Of a DNA stretch of 64,000 nt, positions 1 to 8,381 are shown one piece after another. Position numbers and translations under genes: made by a program. Within the stretch, counting starts at the first letter, position 1. Every line of letters begins with the position of its first letter. The notes beneath the pieces were generated by a model that was given only the letters and a program-made list of their open reading frames with translations, was not told where the DNA came from and searched no databases. The stretch spans positions 2,016,001 through 2,080,000 of the forward strand of contig CAVSHF010000003.1 in the NCBI GenBank assembly GCA_963727805.1, in the 5' to 3' direction. This DNA is from an uncultured Nitrospiraceae bacterium (lineage in GTDB: Bacteria; Nitrospirota; Thermodesulfovibrionia; Thermodesulfovibrionales; Dissulfurispiraceae).

Positions 1-70
1 CTAATTAACAGTTTTGGACGTTTTAAATATTTTCAGCAGGAGTCACTAGGTACAGACCTCCAAAGTTTGA

Positions 71-712
71 TTAAACCGTCGCCTCCCTACTGAAATCAAA
101 CTCATCCATCCTGATAGAAAGCTCCTGCCAGTTGTATAATTGCAGAGCGCGGGCGAGACTGTCGATCACCCTAGTCCGAACAGCGCGTTCAATTTCCCGC
201 TTGCCGGTAACACCGTAGAAAGGGAGCATGATAGAAAAGGCACTGTTGGTGCAATCACGACGCGGAGACAGCACATCTGATCTTCTCGTATAGTACGGGT
301 CCTCGTCGGCCTCGCAGACTTTGCTGAATACATTGAACTGCCTGCAAGCGATGGGTCGCATCGAATGTATTGAGCAGGTGCCGTCGATCAGAAAGGGACA
401 CAGGTCACCCTTGCGATGATCGAGGAGCCTCTTTTTCAGAATACCGCGTAACGGATGAGGAAGTTTTTCGATGACAAACCAGTAAATCCCGACAAGTTCA
501 AGCGGATATACAGGTATATCACGGTGCGTGGTGCAGCAATTCCCGCAGCCTTTTCCGCACGCAAGCCTTACACCTCTTTTTTTCTCCTCCTCATTGATTG
601 CCGCAGAAACCCCGTTGTCGATCACGGCATAGGCATCTAGAAGCTGAGGAAGCCAGGGTAATCTCTTTTCGTCTTCAGGAAAATGAAGACGAAATGGTGT
701 TTTAGTATTCAT
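71..712 (-). CDS. YkgJ-family cysteine-cluster (zinc/iron-chelating) protein
   Basis: CGKGCGNCC motif, CPFL..GTCSIHSMRPIACRQF motif; ATG at 712 preferred over GTG at 718. Confidence 0.85.
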   Translation of the reverse strand: MNTKTPFRLHFPEDEKRLPWLPQLLDAYAVIDNGVSAAINEEEKKRGVRLACGKGCGNCCTTHRDIPVYPLELVGIYWFVIEKLPHPLRGILKKRLLDHRKGDLCPFLIDGTCSIHSMRPIACRQFNVFSKVCEADEDPYYTRRSDVLSPRRDCTNSAFSIMLPFYGVTGKREIERAVRTRVIDSLARALQLYNWQELSIRMDEFDFSREATV

Positions 713-719
713 AGACACA

Positions 720-884
720 TTATGAGTTGCAGTTCCGTCGTTCTATCAACTTCCAAGTCTCCTCGTCAAACGCATCCCGGTATCCAGTCGGACTATATAT
801 ATGGCCGCACCCCGTGCAGCTTAAGATAACGGACGTTCACCCGACGACTAGACTCAATTTTGCATTGCAGCCTCTGCACCGCAA
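720..884 (-). CDS. small dual-CxxC putative selenoprotein (54 aa, in-frame TGA at 837-839)
   Basis: Manual translation MRCRGCNAKLSLVVG-U-TSVILSCTGCGHIYSPTGYRDAFDEETWKLIERRNCNS*; GGAGG RBS 7 nt before TTG; fills the gap between two same-strand genes; hairpin after the UGA. Confidence 0.75.
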
Positions 885-903
885 ATCAACCCCTCCGGAA
901 TTA

Positions 904-1323
904 TTATTCATCGAATGACTTTATCATAGTCCTCATCCTTTTCTTTACTGCCTGGGCAGCCTTGTCGGCAAGCATCTTCTCTTTTGCCCTTTTCGAGCGC
1001 TTCCGCTTCTGTCGACGGATTTTCTCGATCCTCTGAATCTCGTCGCTCTCCAGACCCCTGATCTTCTGCTCGATCTTCTTCACTAGCCATACGCGGGCAA
1101 AATAACGGTTCATAACCTGAGACCGCTCTCTCTGGCATTTCACTTCTATTCCGGTAGGGACATGCTTAAGATAGACGCATGTTGATGTCTTGTTGACATT
1201 CTGACCACCATGCCCGCCCGAGCGCACAAAGGATTCCTCGATATCAGCCTCGCGGATGTTAAGGGCATCCATCTTAGCCTTAAGGGCTTGTTCCTTTGTA
1301 TTTGTAACGGGGAATATGCTCAT
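904..1323 (-). CDS. RF-1 domain peptidyl-tRNA hydrolase (ArfB/YaeJ-like ribosome rescue factor)
   Basis: [22 protein letters not shown] motif, ERSQ..NR motif, basic C-terminal tail, no codon-recognition domain. Confidence 0.85.
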   Translation of the reverse strand: MSIFPVTNTKEQALKAKMDALNIREADIEESFVRSGGHGGQNVNKTSTCVYLKHVPTGIEVKCQRERSQVMNRYFARVWLVKKIEQKIRGLESDEIQRIEKIRRQKRKRSKRAKEKMLADKAAQAVKKRMRTMIKSFDE

Positions 1324-1479
1324 TGTACTGGTCTCATCCTAAATCACCTTTTTTTTATAATAACTAAAAACAGGTAAATAATAAAAATATCAACGGCTGC
1401 TGGGGCACCAAATATTTACAGCTAGGCCCGTTTGGAATGAAAATCGTAATACCCTGTTCACAGATTGGTAAGGCCAGGG

Positions 1480-1689
1480 TAAATACCCAGCTACCACCAA
1501 TGTCCAGCCGCTGATTTTGTTGGAGTAAAGCGAAATGTTTTTTAGTCCTTTAGAAGCAATCAAGCTCTCTGCAGTGCCGATCGAGAGCGCGATAACGAAG
1601 ATCAATGCACAGCTGCCGATGATACAGGCAAAAAGAAGAGTGCTACCGCAATGAAGGTCACCTTCTGTCGATGTGCCGTTACCGACCAT
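1480..1689 (-). pseudogene. possible 3' fragment of a CcdA/DsbD-type cytochrome c biogenesis membrane protein
   Basis: GSTLLFACIIGSCALIFVIALSIGTAESLIASKGLKNISLYSNKISGWTLVVAGY resembles the last two CcdA TM helices; no N-terminal part. Confidence 0.4.
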
Positions 1690-1794
1690 AGCGGGAGGTC
1701 ATGCAGTAATCCATGCCAAAGTATTATCCTCTTTTAGGACTATCGCCAGTTTGTTGCTATACTTTTTAATAAAATAAATCCAAGGAGGTTTTAT

Positions 1795-2235
1795 ATGGCA
1801 GCTCCAAAAGCACATGCACGAGATCGTGAATTACTTGCTTTGCTCAGAAAATGGAAAGGTGTTGAAGCAAGTACAATTAAAAGCTGTAATGCGATCCTCA
1901 AAAAGGCGAAGAACCCCATCATGATCACCCTGACAACAGCGATCAGAAACGATTCGGAAAAGCATGCGTCGATACTCCAACTAGTCATCGACAGTATGAC
2001 CAAAATGGCTTATGAACTTTCACCTGACGATCTGGCCGGCGTCTCTTCACTGCTCAACAAGCATATCGATCTCGAGCAGGAATCGATTGATACTGCGAAT
2101 AAGGCGATCGAAATGACACGAGATGGCGTCACAAAACAGCTTCTTAAGCTCATTCTCGAAGACGAAAAGAAGCACAAGATGATGGCAACCCGAATGAGCG
2201 AGCTGAAATACAGGATCACCGCAGCCATTCCGTAA
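1795..2235 (+). CDS. ferritin-like/rubrerythrin-superfamily four-helix bundle protein
   Basis: GGAGG RBS; DSEKH and DEKKH E/DxxH-like motifs in repeated helices. Confidence 0.65.
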   Translation: MAAPKAHARDRELLALLRKWKGVEASTIKSCNAILKKAKNPIMITLTTAIRNDSEKHASILQLVIDSMTKMAYELSPDDLAGVSSLLNKHIDLEQESIDTANKAIEMTRDGVTKQLLKLILEDEKKHKMMATRMSELKYRITAAIP

Positions 2236-2245
2236 ATCATCGCAG

Positions 2246-2275
2246 AACGGGGGGCGGTCCTCAAACCGCCCCCGT
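2246..2275 (+). terminator. GC-rich stem-loop downstream of ferritin-like gene
   Basis: acggggggcggt / accgcccccgt inverted repeat; no clear U-tract. Confidence 0.45.
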
Positions 2276-2364
2276 CACAGTCCTGCCTCGTTATTACATG
2301 TATTTCCTCCATCGGTCTATGCTACAATTAATCAACATCATTTCGTTTGGAGAAAAGACCAATT

Positions 2365-3084
2365 ATGTCACACCGACCGCTAGAGATCGATAAAACAGGC
2401 GGCAAGTCCGTCGACCCGCAGGACAACGCTCGGTCTACACAACCCAATCTATCGAACAGCTCCTTCAACAAAGTCTTCGCCGCGTCATTCAAGCAGATGG
2501 AGAATATGCAGGTTGTCTTCAAGAAGAACCTTTTCAGTCCCGCCGTTTCAACCCCCATTCGCTCGGCCCCTGTTCAGACTCCCACAGATTCTGGATTCAA
2601 GGATATCGTCAAGATCGTCATGAAGCACGAAGGCACCGGATACGTCAAGATGGATGGGGGGAAGGAATCTTCGAAGATGGGCATTCTCCAGTCAACCGCT
2701 GGGGAATACGGATATAGGGGTGATATCAGGAATATTTCAAAGGCCGAAGCAGAGGCAATCTACAAGAAGATATGGGACAAATCGGGGGCGGCCAACCTGC
2801 CTTACCCGCTGAGCGTTGTCCATTTCGATACTTATGTAAATAGTCCCTCTGCCGCGAGGAAAATCCTGAATAAGTCAGGTGGCGATATTGATGCCTACCT
2901 TAAGATGAGGGAAGACCGTTTTATTCGACTTGCATCGGCAAAACCCGAGAAATACGGCAAGTATCTCAACGGATGGATTAACCGAGTCAACAGCCTCAGA
3001 TCAGTGGTTACGGAATACGCGATGACGACCGATGCCGCAAAAAGCAAAATGGCTGCTACGACTAATACGCGCACAACCGCATAG
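2365..3084 (+). CDS. glycoside hydrolase family 108-like N-acetylmuramidase with C-terminal PG-binding segment and N-terminal extension
   Basis: KHEGTGY (EGGY-like catalytic Glu), GILQST, AIYKKIWD, HFDTYVNS, KYLNGWINRV follow the GH108 / PG_binding_3 pattern. Confidence 0.7.
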   Translation: MSHRPLEIDKTGGKSVDPQDNARSTQPNLSNSSFNKVFAASFKQMENMQVVFKKNLFSPAVSTPIRSAPVQTPTDSGFKDIVKIVMKHEGTGYVKMDGGKESSKMGILQSTAGEYGYRGDIRNISKAEAEAIYKKIWDKSGAANLPYPLSVVHFDTYVNSPSAARKILNKSGGDIDAYLKMREDRFIRLASAKPEKYGKYLNGWINRVNSLRSVVTEYAMTTDAAKSKMAATTNTRTTA

Positions 3085-3113
3085 TTTCGCCCAGTCCGAC
3101 AGGGGTATCAAAC

Positions 3114-3620
3114 TTAGACTACGATGATATCCAGCCGTTCAGGCCCGTGCACTCCGATCGCAAGTCCAAGTTCCACATCCACGGTACAACTGGGGCCCGT
3201 TATCAATGTTATGTTTGTTGGCATTGATGCCGAATATTTCTTAAAGAAGTCGTCGAGAGTGACGAATATCTTTTCACGGGGAACAATTGCTATATGACGC
3301 GATGGGAGAAGGCTTGCCTGCACGGCCTTCCCACCGCTACTGTCGCAGACAATACTGCCTGTTTCCGCAATAGCGGCGGAAACTTCTTCTACTGTTATCT
3401 TGGCTGAACCGTAATCAGCGACTATTCTAGAGAGCTTGCCTGCTGCCGCCTTTTCGAGCTTCGTCGACCGCGGACAAAAAACCGATGCTCCTTTAGGCAC
3501 TAATTCCAAGACCTTATCCGCCAGCTTTTCCTTGTCTTTTAGCCGACATGCTCCCGCCGCTGCCCTTGCCGCGTTCGCCAAAAAAAGGGATATCTTGTCA
3601 ATCTTTACAATATCGTTCAT
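3114..3620 (-). CDS. lutC: lactate utilization protein C (LUD domain)
   Basis: AIAETGSIV, SLLPSRHIAIV, ITGPS..DVE...AIGVHGP; last gene of lutABC. Confidence 0.85.
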   Translation of the reverse strand: MNDIVKIDKISLFLANAARAAAGACRLKDKEKLADKVLELVPKGASVFCPRSTKLEKAAAGKLSRIVADYGSAKITVEEVSAAIAETGSIVCDSSGGKAVQASLLPSRHIAIVPREKIFVTLDDFFKKYSASMPTNITLITGPSCTVDVELGLAIGVHGPERLDIIVV

Positions 3621-4981
3621 TCCATCCTTCTCCTGAAGGGCATCTTCACCGGCTCAGGAAGTCTTCCGGTGATGTCTTCACCGCCCAAACTGCTCAAGAC
3701 AGGCCAGAATATTTTTGCGAGCCCCTCTCCTGAAGAAAAGAGAAACGGCGATCTTGCAGCCGCCTCAAATACACGCATCCCGAGCTTTTCCTTCACAGGG
3801 GAAAACCCTTCCGAAACCTTCCGCACACGCAGTTTATGAATAAGTTCTACAATTGGTATTTTCACCGGGCAGACATCATCGCAGGCTCCACAGAACGTAC
3901 TCGCACTTACAAGCGGGTGTGAGTTCGCGAGGCCCGTTAGCAGGGTCGTGAGAATTATCCCCATTGGTCCGGGGTATATCCAGCCGTAGGAATCACCGCC
4001 CACAGTGCGGTACACAGGACAGACATTGATGCAGGCCCCGCACTTAATGCACTTGAGAATGTCCCTGCATTCGCCGGCGAGTATTTCCGACCGGCCATTG
4101 TCAAGAAGAATAATATGAAGCTCTCCGGCACCCGTCATCTCACCGTCTTTTCGGGTGCCGGTAATCATCGAAACATAGCTTGTTATCGCCTGACCCGTAG
4201 CAGAACGGGGTAAAAGCCTAATAAAAGCAGGGAGGTCTTTCAGCGAAGGGAGCAGTTTTTCTATCGAGAGCACGGCAATGTGCAGCGCCGGTACCGTCGT
4301 TACCATACGGCCGTTCCCTTCGTTGCTAAACAGGACAAGACTCCCCGTGTCTGCTATTGCAAAGTTCGCCCCCGATATGCCAGCATCGGCACTCAGAAAT
4401 TTCTCACGTAGTACCTTTCTGGCGATCTTCGTAAGGACCTGTGAGTCTTCGGAATATCCGACGCCAAGCTTGTCTGCAAAAAGTCGTCCGACCTGCCGTC
4501 TGCTCTTTTGGATCGCCGGCACGATCATATGGGAAGGAGCTTCGCCCGCCATCTGTAGTATATAGTCGCCAAGGGCCGTCTCGATGACCTCGACGCCCTC
4601 TTTCCCAAGGTACTCATCAAGTTGCATCTCTTCGGAGATCATCGACTTACCTTTCACCACAGTCTTTGCATTATGATCACTGAGTATGTCTACGATAGTC
4701 CTTCGAGCTGCCGCCGCATCAACGGCATGGTGCACAGTCGCCCCAGCCTTCGTCGCATTAGAAGAGAATATGTCCAGATACATCCCGATGTTGTCTAGCA
4801 CATCCTTTCTCACTGCAGATGCCTTTTTGCGAAGCGATTCGAAATCGGCTATTTCGGAAATTGATATGGTCCTCTTTGAGCTGAATGTTCCGGTAGCCGT
4901 CTTCACGACACTGCGAAGGGAAGAATCGGCAATTGCCCTAACGGCATTTGCCCTGAAGTGCAAACTCGTCTGTCTGCTCAT
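3617..4981 (-). CDS. lutB: lactate utilization protein B (LUD plus 4Fe-4S)
   Basis: VKGKSMISEE, EAPSHMIVPA, NEGNGRM, CIKCGACINVCPVY, CGACDDVCPVKIP; ATG at 4981 overlaps the lutA stop (ATGA). Confidence 0.9.
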   Translation of the reverse strand: MSRQTSLHFRANAVRAIADSSLRSVVKTATGTFSSKRTISISEIADFESLRKKASAVRKDVLDNIGMYLDIFSSNATKAGATVHHAVDAAAARRTIVDILSDHNAKTVVKGKSMISEEMQLDEYLGKEGVEVIETALGDYILQMAGEAPSHMIVPAIQKSRRQVGRLFADKLGVGYSEDSQVLTKIARKVLREKFLSADAGISGANFAIADTGSLVLFSNEGNGRMVTTVPALHIAVLSIEKLLPSLKDLPAFIRLLPRSATGQAITSYVSMITGTRKDGEMTGAGELHIILLDNGRSEILAGECRDILKCIKCGACINVCPVYRTVGGDSYGWIYPGPMGIILTTLLTGLANSHPLVSASTFCGACDDVCPVKIPIVELIHKLRVRKVSEGFSPVKEKLGMRVFEAAARSPFLFSSGEGLAKIFWPVLSSLGGEDITGRLPEPVKMPFRRRME

Positions 4982-5700
4982 ATGCCCTCCGCGATAAGCT
5001 CTGCGATGTGTTTTACCCTCACCGCGCTGCCACGCTTCTTCAGTGCATCGGAGATGTTCATCAGACATCCGCAGTCGCAACCAGTCACCGTATCCGCACC
5101 CGTTGAAATAATGTCCGCCGCTTTTTCGTCAGCAAGAGCATAAGAGATTTCAGGCAGCTTTGCCATAAACATACCCCCAAAGCCACAGCAGCGGGTAGCA
5201 TCAGGAAGTGGAACTAGCTCGAGACCCTGCATGGCCTTAAGAAGCACAAGTGGCTCCCTCCGCACTCCGAGCACTCGCGTAAGATGACACGATGGATGAT
5301 AGGTGACCTTTCCGTTTCGAGTAAGATCGGTTTCATGCACACGCAACACGTGGACCAGAAACTGGGTGAGTTCGTAAACTCGACCGGCAACTTTGTCAGC
5401 AACAGCCCGAAGAGTTGTTTTTTCGCGAAAAAACTCGGGGTAACGATATTTGACCATTGCAGCGCACGAACCGGAAGGGGTGACAATAAGGTCGGCTCCA
5501 GAAAATACCGACAGGAAATGCTCTGCCGCGCCCTTCGCCTCTTCATGATATCCCGCATTATAGGCTGGCTGACCGCAGCAGGTCTGCCCTTTGGGGAAAG
5601 AGACATCGACTCCGAACTTGTTGAAAATACGCAACATCGCCTCACCAACTTCCGGGTAAAAAGAGTCTACGAGGCAAGTCCCAAAAAGTTGAATGCGCAT
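4978..5700 (-). CDS. lutA: lactate utilization protein A (two CCG domains)
   Basis: LFGTCLVD, QTCCGQPAYNAG, PSGSCAAM, YHPSCH, CCGFGG, DCGCLMNI. Confidence 0.9.
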   Translation of the reverse strand: MRIQLFGTCLVDSFYPEVGEAMLRIFNKFGVDVSFPKGQTCCGQPAYNAGYHEEAKGAAEHFLSVFSGADLIVTPSGSCAAMVKYRYPEFFREKTTLRAVADKVAGRVYELTQFLVHVLRVHETDLTRNGKVTYHPSCHLTRVLGVRREPLVLLKAMQGLELVPLPDATRCCGFGGMFMAKLPEISYALADEKAADIISTGADTVTGCDCGCLMNISDALKKRGSAVRVKHIAELIAEGI

Positions 5701-5916
5701 GAGCCTCCTTTCGCTGTGATTGCAGCTATGACTAAGGTGTCTGCTCTAAAAACAGAAAGTCACAATCCTTGTGTCGATATCAGTGTCGGGTAGTATGTTA
5801 GAGAAACGCCCACTTTATAATAACAAAACTGGACATTTCAGATATGAAATTCTTATCGGATTATTTCTGGCAATCATGGTTGTCCCGGGTAAACAATACC
5901 CGGTGCAGCGGCGTTG

Positions 5917-5955
5917 TCAAAAAAAAGAGCCGTGATAAATCACGGCCCTTTTTTG
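5917..5955. terminator. bidirectional intrinsic terminator
   Basis: aaaaaaaagagccgtgat-aa-atcacggcccttttttg stem flanked by A and T tracts. Confidence 0.75.
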
Positions 5956-5971
5956 TCAACATCCTGCGCAG

Positions 5972-6319
5972 CTACTTGCCTTCGCCGACATCAACATTTT
6001 CTTCGTTGTGTTTCTTTTCGTAGATTTTCTTGCTAGCCTTATTCTGCCTTCTTTTCGGTTTTACCCGCTCCTTTTTGGTAAGTTGGCCATCCGATTTCAT
6101 GCGCTCTTCGTCTTGCTTGATCTTGGCTTCCCGAGCCTCAAGTTTACCTGCTTCCTTGGGGGGCAGTTGACCGCTCTTAACGCCCTGATCAATTCTCCTG
6201 TCCTGGATGGCTTCGCTCTTCTGAATGCCCGGATCGTCTGTTGATGCTGCAAACGCAGGCGCGACTGCCAGCATAAATGCAATGCTCCCCGTGAGAATCG
6301 TGGTCATGATCTCTGTCAT
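5972..6319 (-). CDS. small secreted helical-repeat hypothetical protein
   Basis: Signal peptide (APAFA), IDQGVKSGQL..KEA and DGQLTKKER repeats; AAGGAG RBS. Confidence 0.7.
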   Translation of the reverse strand: MTEIMTTILTGSIAFMLAVAPAFAASTDDPGIQKSEAIQDRRIDQGVKSGQLPPKEAGKLEAREAKIKQDEERMKSDGQLTKKERVKPKRRQNKASKKIYEKKHNEENVDVGEGK

Positions 6320-6485
6320 AACAACTCCTTTATGCGGATCTGTTTTTGAGGTGACACCTCGTTGATTATCTCACCTGAAGCTTATCAAATCATTATGAAC
6401 TTATAATGAAAACATTGTGAAAGAGTGTGAGCCAAGCAACACGAGGGGAGAAATACGATATGTGCGAAAATTTGTTATTTCTTTT

Positions 6486-8381
6486 TCAATAAGAAATATT
6501 CTGCTCCGTCGGTATGTCGTCCTCTATCTCTGCAATATATCTTGATCGAGAAGCGAACACCGCATCGCCGTAGCGTCTTCGGTACATTGACGAACTGAGA
6601 TAGAGCCTTTCCTTTGCCCTTGTAACCGCAACATAGAACAGCCTTCGTTCCTCTTCAAGCGCTTGAGGATGGTCCAGCGATCGCGCTGAGGGGAATATAG
6701 CTTCTTCAAGCGCCACGACGAAAACAACAGGGAATTCGAGTCCTTTAGCGGCGTGGATGGTCAGGACCTTAACCGCATCCGACGGCCCGATTCTATCTTG
6801 TTCGGAAGCGAGGATGGTATCTTCAAGAAATTGCGAAAAGAGCTTCCCTTCTGATTCTATCGCCTTGAGCACGTTGGCAAGTTCAGATACGTTTCCCTGC
6901 CGCTCCTCGAAATCCTCCTTATAGTGTAGCGCGAGATATTTCTCATATTGGATGTCTCTCAGGAGCTCCATAAGGACGGTATAGGGCTTATTATCCACAA
7001 GAGAGCAATAGGCATCGATCAGCGAGATGAAGCTGTCGGCCCTGGCCCGCTGCCTCGGCGGCAGTCTAGTGTCGCGCAGCGCCTGCAGCCAGTCCTCGGA
7101 AAAATTGCCCCTGATATTTGCTATAGTCTTCGTACCTATAGACCGGGGCGGAGCATTAATGCTCCTCTCAAAGGCAGCCCTGTCCTTTCTGTTCAGCATC
7201 AGACGGAGATAGGCTAGAAGGTCTTTTACCTCGGCTCTTTCGTAAAAGGCGGCGCCGCCGATGATCTCATAAGGGATGCCGGTATTCATGAACGAATGCT
7301 CAAAACCACGCGACACAAAGGACATCCTCATAAGTATCGCCATATCCGAATACTGGTAGCCTATGTCCACGAGCTTCCTGATCCGAGACGCAATAGAGCC
7401 GCACTCGGCGATGTTATCGCTGTTTTTGGTATACAGAATTTCACCATCATCACACCGGTCGGTCGAAAGTTTCAGGATCTTCCCTTCCCACATCATATCG
7501 GCTTTTGCTATGACTTTATTTGCAACATCAAGAATCGCCTGCGTCGAACGGTAGTTCTTTTCAAGCTTTTTCTCGGCAGCACTGAAGTCCTTCGTAAAGT
7601 TCAGGATGTTGAGTGGATGCGCTCCTCTCCATGTGTAGATGCACTGCTGAGGATCCCCGACCACACAGATGTCGCCTCTCTCGCTGACGAGGAGGTTGAT
7701 GAGGAGGTACTGGATCTTGTTTGTATCCTGGTATTCGTCAACAAGGATATAATCGAACCTCTCCTGCCAATGCCTTCTAATGTCAGGTTTTTTCGAAAAG
7801 AGATCGACTGCGAGATAGATAATATCATCGTAATCGAGTGCGTTGCTCTTTTCCATCTCGACGAGATAATGCGCCGCCACTGGAGCAAAGCCGGACATCG
7901 GATAGGGGAGGCTGCCTATATAATCGACAATGTCGCTACGGTAATCCTGCTTCGCCTTGGAGAGAACCCCCTTAGCCGCATCAGCGTGCTTGATATCCAT
8001 ACCGCCCTCTCGCAGGATATCCTTAATGACTTTTATACTGTCATGCTCATCGTAAATGGCGAAGTTTTTGTCGTAATTTCCCTCAAGGGCGGTGATATTT
8101 TCTCTCAGAACCCTCACGCAGAAAGAGTGGAATGTAGATATCCATTTAGGCTTTACCGAAAGAAGGCGCTCGACTCTCTCTTGCATTTCACGGGCGGCCT
8201 TTTTGGTAAAGGTGATGGCGAGTATCCGGTTCGCCCTGATGCCCTTCTCTTTGATTAGCCATGCGATTTTTGTCGTAATGACCCTTGTCTTGCCGGAGCC
8301 GGCGCCTGCAAGCACCAGGAGAGGCGAGCCGAAATGCTCGACCGCCTCCTTCTGTTGTCTATTCAAACCGTCAGTTATCAA
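6486..8381 (-). CDS. UvrD/PcrA/Rep-family SF1 DNA helicase
   Basis: LAGAGSGKT, TFTKKAAREM, TFHS, VDEYQDTN, VGDPQQCIYTWRGA, NYRST, TIHAAKGLEF, EERRLFYVAVTRAK. Confidence 0.95.
   Translation of the reverse strand: MITDGLNRQQKEAVEHFGSPLLVLAGAGSGKTRVITTKIAWLIKEKGIRANRILAITFTKKAAREMQERVERLLSVKPKWISTFHSFCVRVLRENITALEGNYDKNFAIYDEHDSIKVIKDILREGGMDIKHADAAKGVLSKAKQDYRSDIVDYIGSLPYPMSGFAPVAAHYLVEMEKSNALDYDDIIYLAVDLFSKKPDIRRHWQERFDYILVDEYQDTNKIQYLLINLLVSERGDICVVGDPQQCIYTWRGAHPLNILNFTKDFSAAEKKLEKNYRSTQAILDVANKVIAKADMMWEGKILKLSTDRCDDGEILYTKNSDNIAECGSIASRIRKLVDIGYQYSDMAILMRMSFVSRGFEHSFMNTGIPYEIIGGAAFYERAEVKDLLAYLRLMLNRKDRAAFERSINAPPRSIGTKTIANIRGNFSEDWLQALRDTRLPPRQRARADSFISLIDAYCSLVDNKPYTVLMELLRDIQYEKYLALHYKEDFEERQGNVSELANVLKAIESEGKLFSQFLEDTILASEQDRIGPSDAVKVLTIHAAKGLEFPVVFVVALEEAIFPSARSLDHPQALEEERRLFYVAVTRAKERLYLSSSMYRRRYGDAVFASRSRYIAEIEDDIPTEQNISY

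Noticed and set aside
727..918. Plus-strand 63-aa ORF in the ORF track
   Set aside because: Antisense shadow of the minus-strand CxxC-U-CxxC gene; no RBS or recognisable motifs
7296..8258. 320-aa plus-strand ORF
   Set aside because: Antisense to the helicase; no motifs; typical shadow ORF
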